Below are positions 1-8,218 of a stretch of 64,000 bases of DNA, in pieces (the first letter of the stretch is position 1; the number at the start of each line of letters is the position of its first letter). Made by a program: the position numbers and the translations under genes. The notes beneath the pieces were generated by a model. That model was not told the DNA's origin and searched no databases. It saw only the letters and a program-made list of their open reading frames with translations. Source of the DNA: Myxococcota bacterium (GTDB taxonomy: Bacteria; Myxococcota_A; Polyangia; Polyangiales; Houyiibacteriaceae); the NCBI GenBank assembly GCA_028284955.1, contig JANQQS010000005.1, forward strand, positions 1,946 through 65,945, in the 5' to 3' direction.

Positions 1-460
1 AGCCGTCGGGACGGCCTTCCCGATCGCTGGGTTCTCCGTAGACTCGGTAGCGAACCCGGAGCCTCGGGTCGCCAGCCGCCGCGCCATCGATGGCGGAGCC
101 GTCGATCGAGCTACCCATGAGGCCAGTCGTGTTCGCGCGCTGGTAGAGAACCAGAGGCAGATCCAGGTCGATGGACGCCCGGCCACCGATGCCGAGCTGC
201 AAGACGAGGTTGGTGCCTATGCGTTCGCCGACCAAAGCTCGGTCGTCAAGCTCGAGCGGGTCTTTGGCGTACGACGTCCACCACGCCGCGCTCAGCCGCA
301 AATGACCCGGAGCGCGAGAGCTCGGCATCGAGAGCAGGCCATCAGCGTCGGGAGCGGGGCGAAATCGCTCAATATCGACGTTTCTCTGGGCTCGCGCGGC
401 GGTAGCGCCGCCAAGGAGCATGACCCCACAGAGAAGCATGACCCCACCAAGAAGCATCAT
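1..460 (-). CDS. Outer-membrane beta-barrel / OmpA-family-like protein, N-terminal part (3' end lies beyond the left edge)
   Basis: Absent from the ORF track because it has no in-window stop. My minus-strand translation from the ATG at 460 reads MMLLGGVMLLCGVMLLGGATAARAQRNVDIERFRPAPDADGLLSMPSS...GTNLVLQLGIGGRASIDLDLPLVLYQ... with no stop down to position 1. It shows a signal peptide followed by an FRPAPD..G-type start typical of deltaproteobacterial OmpA-like barrels. Confidence 0.45.
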   Translation of the reverse strand, partial: MMLLGGVMLLCGVMLLGGATAARAQRNVDIERFRPAPDADGLLSMPSSRAPGHLRLSAAWWTSYAKDPLELDDRALVGERIGTNLVLQLGIGGRASIDLDLPLVLYQRANTTGLMGSSIDGSAIDGAAAGDPRLRVRYRVYGEPSDREGRPDG

Positions 461-532
461 CCCGGTCGCGAAACCGGCCCTCAGCGACGTTCGCAATAAG
501 CCACCGAAACTCCGAGAGAGGGACGTCACAGA

Positions 533-907
533 TCAGTTGGTCTCCAAAATCCGCTGCACACCTTGCACTGAATGTGAAAGAAGCGCATCTCGAGCTGCGC
601 TTCCACCGGTGGTGGCGAGAAAGAGATCTTGGCCCCACAGCGACATCGGACGCACCGCCAAATCGCTGCCTTCAAGCAGAGGATGGAGGGGCAGCGGGAG
701 TCCGGTTCGGCTGTACAGCGGCGCGATCGCGCCGAGCTCGGCGCATACGTCGGGGTCGCCGGCTTCGGCGAGCACCAAACCTGCGTTGTCGGCCAGCACA
801 ACGGCCTCGAGGCGACCTCGGCGCTTGGTATGTTCCAGCTGGTGTTCCAGGGCGCGGGTCTTGTTGTCGCTGCGACGGTGCCGACGTTCTGGGGGGGACC
901 ATGTCAT
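533..907 (-). CDS. Roadblock/LC7 (MglB-like) domain protein, putative
   Basis: 124-aa ORF. LEAVVLADNAGLVLAEAGDPDVCAELGAIAP and the C-terminal LFLATTGGSAARDALLSHSVQGVQRIL fit the roadblock/LC7 pattern. It lies divergent from the ArsA-like ATPase gene. Confidence 0.5.
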   Translation of the reverse strand: MTWSPPERRHRRSDNKTRALEHQLEHTKRRGRLEAVVLADNAGLVLAEAGDPDVCAELGAIAPLYSRTGLPLPLHPLLEGSDLAVRPMSLWGQDLFLATTGGSAARDALLSHSVQGVQRILETN

Positions 908-1049
908 GTTGTGCTCCTTTGAAACTGCAAGGGTAGTCGAGTGGATTTGTGCGACGCCAAAAACCGAACGTCAGGCGGGCGTGCTCTTTGGGAGTTCTCG
1001 CGGTAGCCTCCGCATCGCGTTGGCGGCCTACGTCAGAAACCAGATTCGC

Positions 1050-2333
1050 ATGGAGCCCTCCCGCGACCCCGAACGCCCGATTGGCCTTGAGACGTCCCCG
1101 GCTGAACCCCAGATCGCCGAACAACCGATCGCGGAGCAACCGATCGCTGAGCGTTCGCTGGTGGAGCATCCGATCGTGGCGGCGCATCGCGTCGTGGTGA
1201 CACTCGGTGGCGGAGGCGTCGGCAAAACCACGACTGCGGCGGCGCTGTCGGTGCACGCGGCGTTGTGCGGGAAGCGTGTTCTGTGCCTGACCATTGATCC
1301 AGCGCGACGTTTGGCAAACAGCCTCGGTCTGACCGAAATGACGGTGAGCGAACAGGATGTTCCGGCGGAGCTATTTGCGTCTCATGGATTGACGCTGACG
1401 GGGCAGCTTTCCGCGATGATGCTCGACACCAAGCGCACCTTTGACGATCTGGTCGGTCAATACGCGTCGACGCCTGAAGCCAAAGACCGGATTCTCAACA
1501 ACGGCATGTACCAATATGTCTCGTCGTCCCTCGCGGGCACGCAGGAGTACATGGCGATGGAAAAGCTCTATGCCGTACGTAAGGACCCTCGCTGGGATCT
1601 GATAGTGCTCGACACGCCGCCGACCGCCAACGCGCTCGATTTCTTAGCGGCGCCCGAAAAGCTCATCGAAGCCATTGATTCTCCTGCGATGCGTTGGTTT
1701 GTGCAGGGGTTCGGAAGCGGAACGTTTTCCCTCAAGGCGCTCGGACGAGGTGCCGCGTTCTTGCTTCGTGGGCTTTCGAAGTTTACGGGCGCAGGGTTTT
1801 TGCAGGAAGTCGCCGCGTTCGTAACGGGCATCAACGATTTGTTTGGAGGGTTTCGCCAACGCGCGCACGTGGTGGCCGAAGCGCTGAGAAGCTCCGATGT
1901 CGCATTTATGGTCGTGACCCGACCTTCGGCGGCGGCAGTGGATGAAAGTTTGTTTTTGGCGCAGCGCTTGAACGAATCGGAAATCGATGTCGCCAGTGTG
2001 GTGATCAACAATGTCCATCCGATTCGCGACGACGGAGGCATATCCACCGCTGACCTGGTCGCGGAGGCTGAGCGGACGCATGCCGCTGAGGGATTCGCCG
2101 GGGGCGCCGAGAGGCTCGTAGAGCGAATGCGGCGGGCGTTTGATGATGAGCAAGCGTTGGCTCGCGCGGAGCGTGCCGAGATCGAAAGGCTTCGCGCGCA
2201 GATTGCCGATCGAGTATCGGTCGTGGAGGTTCCGGCGTTCGATGAAGATGTGCATGACTTGGGTGCGCTGGCGCGGCTGGCGGCGCACTTGAACAACCCA
2301 AAAATCTCGAATTCCCACGAAGGGAACCCATAG
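1050..2333 (+). CDS. ArsA/GET3-family P-loop ATPase (SIMIBI class)
   Basis: Deviant Walker A in VVVTLGGGGVGKTTTAAALSVHAALCGKRVLCLTIDPARRLANSLGL, followed by DLIVLDTPPT. The ORF-track start at 420 gives an implausible Arg/Ser-rich extension, so I use the in-frame ATG at 1050. The exact start is uncertain. Confidence 0.8.
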   Translation: MEPSRDPERPIGLETSPAEPQIAEQPIAEQPIAERSLVEHPIVAAHRVVVTLGGGGVGKTTTAAALSVHAALCGKRVLCLTIDPARRLANSLGLTEMTVSEQDVPAELFASHGLTLTGQLSAMMLDTKRTFDDLVGQYASTPEAKDRILNNGMYQYVSSSLAGTQEYMAMEKLYAVRKDPRWDLIVLDTPPTANALDFLAAPEKLIEAIDSPAMRWFVQGFGSGTFSLKALGRGAAFLLRGLSKFTGAGFLQEVAAFVTGINDLFGGFRQRAHVVAEALRSSDVAFMVVTRPSAAAVDESLFLAQRLNESEIDVASVVINNVHPIRDDGGISTADLVAEAERTHAAEGFAGGAERLVERMRRAFDDEQALARAERAEIERLRAQIADRVSVVEVPAFDEDVHDLGALARLAAHLNNPKISNSHEGNP

Positions 2334-2359
2334 CGCAGGCTTCTGAAGGGAGCAGAACG

Positions 2360-3784
2360 ATGGAGTCGACAAACGTCGTGGCGGTCATCCTGGCCGCGGG
2401 GCAAGGAACCCGCATGAAAAGCGATCGCCCCAAAGTGCTGCACGAGGTCGCGGGCCGAACGCTGATCGGATGGAGCGTCCGTGCGGCGTTCGAGGCAGGG
2501 GTCGATCGCTGCGTGGTGGTCGTCGGGCATGGCCGCGACCAGGTCGAAGCGGCGCTCAAAAACGAATTCGAGAGCGACGAATTCAAGAGCGACATGGGGG
2601 CGCGAGTTCAAACCGCTGTGCAGGAAGAGCAGCGGGGCACCGGGCATGCGGTGCGCTGCGCTCTGCCTCGGATCCCGGAGCAGGGCACGGTTGTGATCAC
2701 CTATGGCGACTGCCCTCTCATCCCGCCGTCTACGCTGCGCGCGCTCTGCGAGAGTCGGCGGTCTCGAGCTCTTGCGCTCGTGACCGCGCAGCTGGATCGT
2801 CCGACAGGCTATGGGCGCATTCTTCGAGGGCCAGGCGGCGAGGTGCGCGCGATTCGCGAAGAGAAAGACTGCAGCGACGCCGAGCGTGCGGTGCGCGAGG
2901 TGAATCCGGGAATCTACGCGATGGAAGCCGGGTTCTTGCGCGAAGCGATCGCTGAACTCTCTCCGGACAACGCCCAAGGCGAACTCTACCTCACCGACCT
3001 CGTCGAGATTGCCGCGCGGAGCGGCGAAGTGGGCGTCGTCGACGGGAATATCGAAGATCTACGCGGCGTCAACGATCCCTATGAGCTCGCGCTTTGCGAG
3101 CGCCGCATGCGGCACCGCATTGTGGAGCGACTGGCGCGATCTGGGGTACGCATAGCGGACCCGGCGAGTGTCCAGATCGATGCTGATGCATTGGTTCACC
3201 CCGGCGCTGAAATCGGGTTCGGAGTGCATATTCGCGGACACTCAGAGATCGCGGCAGGCGCAAGAATCGACGTGGGGTGCGTGCTCGAAAACGTCGTCGT
3301 GGAGTCAGGGGCTCGGTTGCTTCCGTATTGCGTGGCGACTGATTCGACGATCGGCCGCGATGCTCAAATCGGGCCTTTTGCGCATTTGCGGCCTGCTACC
3401 CGCGTGGGCGAACGCGCCAAGGTCGGGAACTTCTGCGAAACGAAGAAAACCCACATCGGCGTCGCATCCAAAGTCAATCACTTGGCTTATGTGGGGGATG
3501 GGCATATCGGCGAGAACGTGAACGTCGGCGCGGGGGTGATTTTCTGCAACTACGACGGGTACCGAAAGCACAAAGTAGAGCTCGAAGATGGAGTGTTTGT
3601 GGGCAGCGACTCGCAGCTGGTCGCTCCCGTCAAAGTGGGGCGAGGCGCCTACATCGCGAGCGGGACCACCGTGACCAAGGATGTTCCGGCAGATGCGCTC
3701 GCGATTGCGCGCGTGCCCCAGCAGCACAAGGAAGACTATGCGCGCATGCGCCGAGAGCGTGAGAAAAAGGGCAAGATGCGCTAA
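2360..3784 (+). CDS. glmU: Bifunctional UDP-N-acetylglucosamine diphosphorylase / glucosamine-1-phosphate N-acetyltransferase
   Basis: N-terminal AVILAAGQGTRMKSDRPKVLH nucleotidyltransferase motif and C-terminal left-handed beta-helix hexapeptide repeats (NHLAYVGDGHIGENVNVGAGVIFCNYDG). 474 aa. Confidence 0.95.
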   Translation: MESTNVVAVILAAGQGTRMKSDRPKVLHEVAGRTLIGWSVRAAFEAGVDRCVVVVGHGRDQVEAALKNEFESDEFKSDMGARVQTAVQEEQRGTGHAVRCALPRIPEQGTVVITYGDCPLIPPSTLRALCESRRSRALALVTAQLDRPTGYGRILRGPGGEVRAIREEKDCSDAERAVREVNPGIYAMEAGFLREAIAELSPDNAQGELYLTDLVEIAARSGEVGVVDGNIEDLRGVNDPYELALCERRMRHRIVERLARSGVRIADPASVQIDADALVHPGAEIGFGVHIRGHSEIAAGARIDVGCVLENVVVESGARLLPYCVATDSTIGRDAQIGPFAHLRPATRVGERAKVGNFCETKKTHIGVASKVNHLAYVGDGHIGENVNVGAGVIFCNYDGYRKHKVELEDGVFVGSDSQLVAPVKVGRGAYIASGTTVTKDVPADALAIARVPQQHKEDYARMRREREKKGKMR

Positions 3785-3793
3785 ATTGGGTGC

Positions 3794-5752
3794 ATGAACT
3801 TCGGGTCTAGGCCGTTGTGGGGATTTGTCGGATGCGTGATGCTGGTCGCATTCTCCATATACGCTCGCTCGGAGCCCGAAGCGCCGTCTGAATCCAGCGC
3901 CCAGCCTTCGCCCGCGTCGGTTCCGCCCGTTGATGAGAAAGCGGTTGATGAAAAGGCCGTCGACGAGGAAACGGGCGCATGGTTGGTCGACCTGGATGAC
4001 GATGTCGACGCCGCGGAGCTTCGCGACGTGGCGCGACAGGTGCGCGAAGCGGTGGCGCCGTACGACTGGCCTCGTGGCATCGCTGCTCTGGGGACGGTGG
4101 TTTCTCCTGCTGCCCGCATCTATCGCCTTCGTCCACCGGCCAGTGAGGTGAACGATATTCGTCGCGCGCTCGCGCGTAGCGGGCTCGCGGAAGGGGTGGA
4201 ACGAGAGAGGATATGGCGGCTGCCTCGAATCGATGGCGCTGCGCTCTCTTCATTGGCCACGAAGGCTCTATCGACAACGAACACGTGGCAACGACCCAAG
4301 CCGGCACGCAAAAAGCCGTTCGTGCCGAATGATCCCTACTACCGCCACCAATGGCATCTCGACCAGATTCAGATGCCCTTGGCATGGACGCGCTCGCAGG
4401 GCGAAGGCGCGACCGTGGCCGTGGTCGACACCGGGGTTTCCTATCGGGATCATGCGCCGTACAAGCGAGCTCCTGACCTCATCCGAACCAAGTTTGTTCC
4501 CGGCTATGACTTTGTGGATGGCGATGACCATCCCGACGATGCCCACGGCCACGGCACCCATGTCGCGGGAACGATCGCCCAGTCGACGCACAACGGAGTC
4601 GGGGTCGCGGGGGTCGCTCCGAAGGCCGCCATCATGCCCGTGCGCGTGCTCGACGCGCGGGGCGCTGGCTCCTGGGGAAGCGTTGCTGCGGGGATTCGTT
4701 TTGCCGCCGACCATGGCGCGCACGTGATCAATCTCTCTCTCGGTGGCGGCATGGCATCGGCGACCATTCGGCGCGCCATTCAGCGAGCTCGCCGCAAAGG
4801 CGTGGTGGTGATCGCGGCTGCGGGAAACACAGGGCGAGGCCGCGTACAATACCCCGCGGCGCATGCCGAAACGCTCGCTGTGGGAGCGGTGCGGTTCGAT
4901 GAGAAGCTGGCCTTTTATTCGTCGTTTGGTCGACATCTGGATGTCGTCGCCCCGGGCGGAGACCTGCGCGTAGACCAAAATCGCGACGGAATGCCCGACG
5001 GCGTGCTGCAAAATACGCTGGTTCGCGGGCAGCTCTCCCGGCACGACTACATTGCCTACCAAGGCACCTCCATGGCCGCACCTCACGTGGCCGGGATCGC
5101 GGCGCTGCTCGTGTCCCAAGGAATCGATCAGCCGAGCGCGATCGAAGGCATTCTTCGTCGCACCGCGAAGCCCAAGGGAAGCGAGTTTCGTTACGGTCAC
5201 GGATTGGTGCGCGCGGAAGCCGCGCTTTCGGCAGCGGGCGAAGAGCTCGCCGGGGCGCGCGGAGCAGCGGCGCTCGCTCTCTGCGGGCTGATGCTGCTGG
5301 GGCTTCACCGCCGCCGCCGCCTCGATGTTTCGTTCGCGCCGACATTGGCGGTTGGATTTGTGATCGCTGGCGGCCTGGCGGCGCTCCCCTGGCGCTGGTT
5401 GCTGTCCGCACAACCCATCGCTTGGATGACGCGCGCGCTCAGACTCCTCGGCGACACGGCGAGCACGGGAATCGGATTCGGCGATTCAGTATGGGGGCCG
5501 AGCCTATCGTTGCTCATCGGAGCGAGCGCCGCGGTCCCGATCGCGCTGACATTGCTGCTCCTAAGCGTACGACGGCTGCGACCCATCGTGATTGGCATCT
5601 CGTTTGGAACCGCTGCCTGGCTCGGCATCGAAGCCGCGATTCCCACGCTTCACTTCGGCAGCATTCCCGGCTTCGCGGTAGGTCCTTGGCTCGCGGCAAA
5701 CGCAGTGCTTTGCGCCTGGCTAGGATCCCTTGCGGCGACGAAAAACCGGTAG
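3794..5752 (+). CDS. Subtilisin-like (S8) serine peptidase with signal peptide and C-terminal polytopic membrane domain
   Basis: Asp/His/Ser triad motifs VAVVDTGV, HGHGTHVAGTIA and GTSMAAPHVAG. The last ~170 aa contain about 5-6 hydrophobic helices. Confidence 0.9.
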   Translation: MNFGSRPLWGFVGCVMLVAFSIYARSEPEAPSESSAQPSPASVPPVDEKAVDEKAVDEETGAWLVDLDDDVDAAELRDVARQVREAVAPYDWPRGIAALGTVVSPAARIYRLRPPASEVNDIRRALARSGLAEGVERERIWRLPRIDGAALSSLATKALSTTNTWQRPKPARKKPFVPNDPYYRHQWHLDQIQMPLAWTRSQGEGATVAVVDTGVSYRDHAPYKRAPDLIRTKFVPGYDFVDGDDHPDDAHGHGTHVAGTIAQSTHNGVGVAGVAPKAAIMPVRVLDARGAGSWGSVAAGIRFAADHGAHVINLSLGGGMASATIRRAIQRARRKGVVVIAAAGNTGRGRVQYPAAHAETLAVGAVRFDEKLAFYSSFGRHLDVVAPGGDLRVDQNRDGMPDGVLQNTLVRGQLSRHDYIAYQGTSMAAPHVAGIAALLVSQGIDQPSAIEGILRRTAKPKGSEFRYGHGLVRAEAALSAAGEELAGARGAAALALCGLMLLGLHRRRRLDVSFAPTLAVGFVIAGGLAALPWRWLLSAQPIAWMTRALRLLGDTASTGIGFGDSVWGPSLSLLIGASAAVPIALTLLLLSVRRLRPIVIGISFGTAAWLGIEAAIPTLHFGSIPGFAVGPWLAANAVLCAWLGSLAATKNR

Positions 5753-5923
5753 CGTAGTTCCGGCCGACGGTGTCCTGCGTGGGCCGAACCCCATCGCCCT
5801 GACATGAATGTCGTGGATTGGCCGCTGTTTGCGATGTGGGGTGTGGTGCGGGAGCGGCTCGCTCAGAGAAAATACGCAGTAGTTACAGCTTGTTGCAGTA
5901 CGTCGGGAGCAGCGGATTCGGGT

Positions 5924-5938
5924 TGGCACCGAAGTTGC
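5924..5938 (+). promoter_or_regulatory. Sigma-54 (RpoN) type promoter, -24/-12 elements
   Basis: TGGCACCGAAGTTGC matches TGGCAC-N5-TTGC exactly. It sits in a 720-bp non-coding gap and points toward 6475. Confidence 0.5.
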
Positions 5939-6054
5939 TTATCTAAAGAACATAGCTTGCTTGAACGATTTATCTTGTGTCACAGGCAGGGTTTGAGTCT
6001 GGCATGACGGGCCCGGCTTGTTGATGTGACGCTTCGCTTGGTGCTGCTTGGCTT

Positions 6055-6084
6055 GAACTTTTTATCGTCGAACTTTCTATCGTC
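6055..6084. repeat. 15-bp tandem duplication (GAACTTTTTATCGTC / GAACTTTCTATCGTC)
   Basis: Read directly; two adjacent units with one mismatch, in a non-coding T-rich tract. Confidence 0.9.
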
Positions 6085-6152
6085 GCGTTCTTAGAAGCCT
6101 TTCTTATTTATTTTCCTATCTCTCAGGACGCTTGGCTTCGCCTTAGTGCTTT

Positions 6153-6182
6153 CTTAACCTACTTTTCCTTAACCTACTTTTC
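6153..6182. repeat. 15-bp perfect tandem duplication (CTTAACCTACTTTTC x2)
   Basis: Read directly; non-coding. Confidence 0.95.
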
Positions 6183-6372
6183 GTTGTGCCCGCGGTACCA
6201 GTTCCCTCGTGAACTTGTCCTTTGCGAATGATGAGCGTGCCGTAATCTCCCCGCCTCCTCGGGAGGCACGTCGCACCAAACAACTCCGCAAACATCGATC
6301 GTAGCACATTCTTCATCGTCCCGCTGGAGGCTAACGTCTGGGTCGAGCTTCCCCGACGCGTCTGACTTCTAG

Positions 6373-6421
6373 GAGGCTGGCGTCAAACGCTCCCGTCGGC
6401 TCTGCGTTTGACACCAGCCTC
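6373..6421 (+). other. Long imperfect hairpin (17-18 bp stem, 13-nt loop) upstream of the 6475 gene
   Basis: GAGGCTGGCGTCAAACGC ... GCGTTTGACACCAGCCTC with one C/A mismatch. No U-tract follows, so it is not a canonical terminator. Confidence 0.5.
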
Positions 6422-6474
6422 TTAGCTCTGGAACAACGAGAGCTCGTGTTTTATGCTCCCGCGGAGGCAAGAAG

Positions 6475-6858
6475 TTGGAACGAAGGAGTTCGATACGGGC
6501 ATACTTGGCTGCTGCGGCGATGACGGCCGTGGCGATGACGACCCTTGTTGGTTGTGTCACGACCCAGCAAGAACTTCGGCGCGCGGAAGCGCACCTTGGT
6601 ACCCGGAGTTACGAAGAAGCCTTGGTGTGGCTCGAACACCTACACACTGACCTGCCAGACATGTCGCAGTCTGAGCGAGCGCGGTACTATTACCTTCGCG
6701 GCATGGCGTCCTTTGAGCTAGGCGCGCGCCGGGATGCACGACACTACTTGGCCCTCGCCCGCGAGAGCGACCCAGGGCGGCGAATGCTCCCCGAGCGGTG
6801 GCTCGAACACATGGACCGCGCGCTCGGCGATCTAGGAACGCATCCAGTCGCGGACTAG
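6475..6858 (+). CDS. Small lipoprotein with TPR-like helical repeat
   Basis: TTG start 7 nt after GGAGG. Lipobox TLVGC. YEEALVWLEHL...ARYYYLRGMASFELGARRDARHYLALA looks TPR-like. Confidence 0.6.
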   Translation: MERRSSIRAYLAAAAMTAVAMTTLVGCVTTQQELRRAEAHLGTRSYEEALVWLEHLHTDLPDMSQSERARYYYLRGMASFELGARRDARHYLALARESDPGRRMLPERWLEHMDRALGDLGTHPVAD

Positions 6859-7088
6859 TGTCCCCCAACCACGAGGGAGCGCTCGGCGATGATGAGCGCA
6901 TCTTTGGTGGCCAGCTTCTTTTTCTTGAGCATGCGGCAAGAGAGCGCTTCTTCGGAAGTTAGATGAACCCGACTTTCGAGCTCTGCGATCTGGGCTTTCA
7001 GTGCCTCGTGGCGCTTTTTGAGTCGTTCTAGGTGTCGGTCTTGGGTCGCGGGTCGGGTTTGGGTTGCGAATTGCTGCGCAGCGAACAT
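6855..7088 (-). CDS. DUF465 (YdcH-like) small coiled-coil protein
   Basis: HLERLKKRHEALKAQIAELE...LSCRMLKKKKLATKDALI fits the DUF465 pattern. ATG at 7088 is preceded by GGAGG. The ORF-track start at 7118 is a TTG without a Shine-Dalgarno sequence. Confidence 0.6.
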   Translation of the reverse strand: MFAAQQFATQTRPATQDRHLERLKKRHEALKAQIAELESRVHLTSEEALSCRMLKKKKLATKDALIIAERSLVVGGH

Positions 7089-7441
7089 GGCACCTCCGGA
7101 CGTAACGGGGAACGACAAACGATGGCTAAGCTCGGCAAAGCTGTGCGCGACGCGCGTTCATGAGCGCGTTCTACCCACCTGCAATACTGTTCAAGGTACG
7201 CAAAGATCGCACAGTCTTCAATAGCGCTGCTTGTGGACGGGATATTCCCTCAGGTCTTGCGAGTTCGACGGGTCGGTGAATACTGCGGCGGGCCGCACGT
7301 TCCACCAGGTAGGGACCAAACATGCCAATAAACCTCCGAACTCGCGGATATGATTGCTCAATTTCATCGAGAGAGACAGCTCCAGGGAAAGCTGTGAGAG
7401 GAACGACAGTCAGGAGCGGTCCTCGATCCAGACGGGTGGCC

Positions 7442-8134
7442 ATGTTGGCAGCGCTGCTCGCATTCGCGAGCGTCTTTCAGCCGAGTGGATGGAGCCGAGC
7501 GGACGCCGGCAAGCAGTCCAAGGCCAGCGAGGTCGCCTCGCTGGTCCAGTCGTTTTACGACCAAACCAAGACGTTTCAGGCGAAGTTTCGCCAAACGCAA
7601 TTCACTAAGATCTACAATCGCTACGAACGCGCCCAGGGCCGCGTGGTGTTCAAGAAGCCCGGTAAAATGAGGTGGGACTACCGGAGCCCCAACGGCCAGG
7701 TGTTCGTGAGCGATGGCCGTAAGCTCGTCGTGTACCAGCCTCCTGAGGAAGGCGAGCGCCACGGGCAGCTGTTTGAGCGCGCGATGAACGCAGACCAGCT
7801 TCCGGAGGCGTTTTCGTTTCTTACCGGCACCGGCCGTCTCGACACCGACTTCACGATTCGTTTGCTCGACTCTCGTCGATACCGATTTCGTTCGGGCCAC
7901 GTGCTCGAGCTACGGCCCCGCGAGCCGAGTCCGAACTACGATCGAGTTCTTTTTTTCGTGCAGATTGTCAACTCGGGTTCCCGCCGCGCGGGTGTGATCA
8001 AGCGCGTGATGATCATCGATTCGCTCGGCAATCGAAACCGGTTTGATTTTCGCGACCTTCAGTTCAATCGAAAGGTTTCTGAGAAGCGATTCTCGTTCCG
8101 GCCGCCGGCCGGCACCCGCCGTATCCAGCCCTAG
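7442..8134 (+). CDS. lolA: Outer-membrane lipoprotein carrier protein LolA
   Basis: Signal peptide MLAALLAFASVF, then FQAKFRQTQ...GRVVFKKPGKMRWDYRSPNGQVFVSDGRKLVVYQP, typical of LolA. Start taken at the in-frame ATG 7442. Confidence 0.85.
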   Translation: MLAALLAFASVFQPSGWSRADAGKQSKASEVASLVQSFYDQTKTFQAKFRQTQFTKIYNRYERAQGRVVFKKPGKMRWDYRSPNGQVFVSDGRKLVVYQPPEEGERHGQLFERAMNADQLPEAFSFLTGTGRLDTDFTIRLLDSRRYRFRSGHVLELRPREPSPNYDRVLFFVQIVNSGSRRAGVIKRVMIIDSLGNRNRFDFRDLQFNRKVSEKRFSFRPPAGTRRIQP

Positions 8135-8218
8135 TCACATCGTTGCGCGGCGGGTGAGGCGCGAGTGAGGGGGCCGTGCTGAGAGCCGGCCCGACTCTTG
8201 CTAGACAGGCCAGCCCAT

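Noticed and set aside
420-1049. The 5' extension of the ArsA-like ORF (track start 420) and similar N-terminal extensions (cinA 18666, recA 17286, M16 18421, sdhB 32006, NUDIX 38448, yggX 38992, ligA 46915, FG-GAP 61831, trypsin 56737, 49317-51218).
   Set aside because: The extensions are compositionally odd and overlap neighbouring genes or tRNAs. Homology-style alignment of the N-termini, or a Shine-Dalgarno sequence, supports internal starts. The track simply reports the longest ATG/GTG/TTG-initiated ORF.
1568-2977. Very long ORFs antisense to, or out of frame with, well-supported genes. Examples: 1568-2977(-), 4268-5413(-), 25508-26611(-), 26775-27713(+), 30561-31283(-), 39303-40229(-), 52108-52776(-), 58621-59385(+), 62576-63232(+).
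   Set aside because: These are typical high-GC shadow ORFs. Their translations are Arg/Ala/Pro/Ser-rich low-complexity strings with no motifs, and each fully overlaps a gene with clear family signatures on the other strand or frame.
5804-6007. A 67-aa ORF overlapping the sigma-54 promoter candidate.
   Set aside because: It has no Shine-Dalgarno sequence and low-complexity, Cys-rich odd composition. It lies in a compositionally non-coding tract and would be interrupted by the promoter it contains.
7171-7443. A 90-aa ORF on the minus strand between the DUF465 gene and lolA.
   Set aside because: Third-position GC is only about 50% by my count, lower than in confident genes here. It has no motif, and its start would overlap the lolA start codon. 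It is more likely part of the divergent promoter region.
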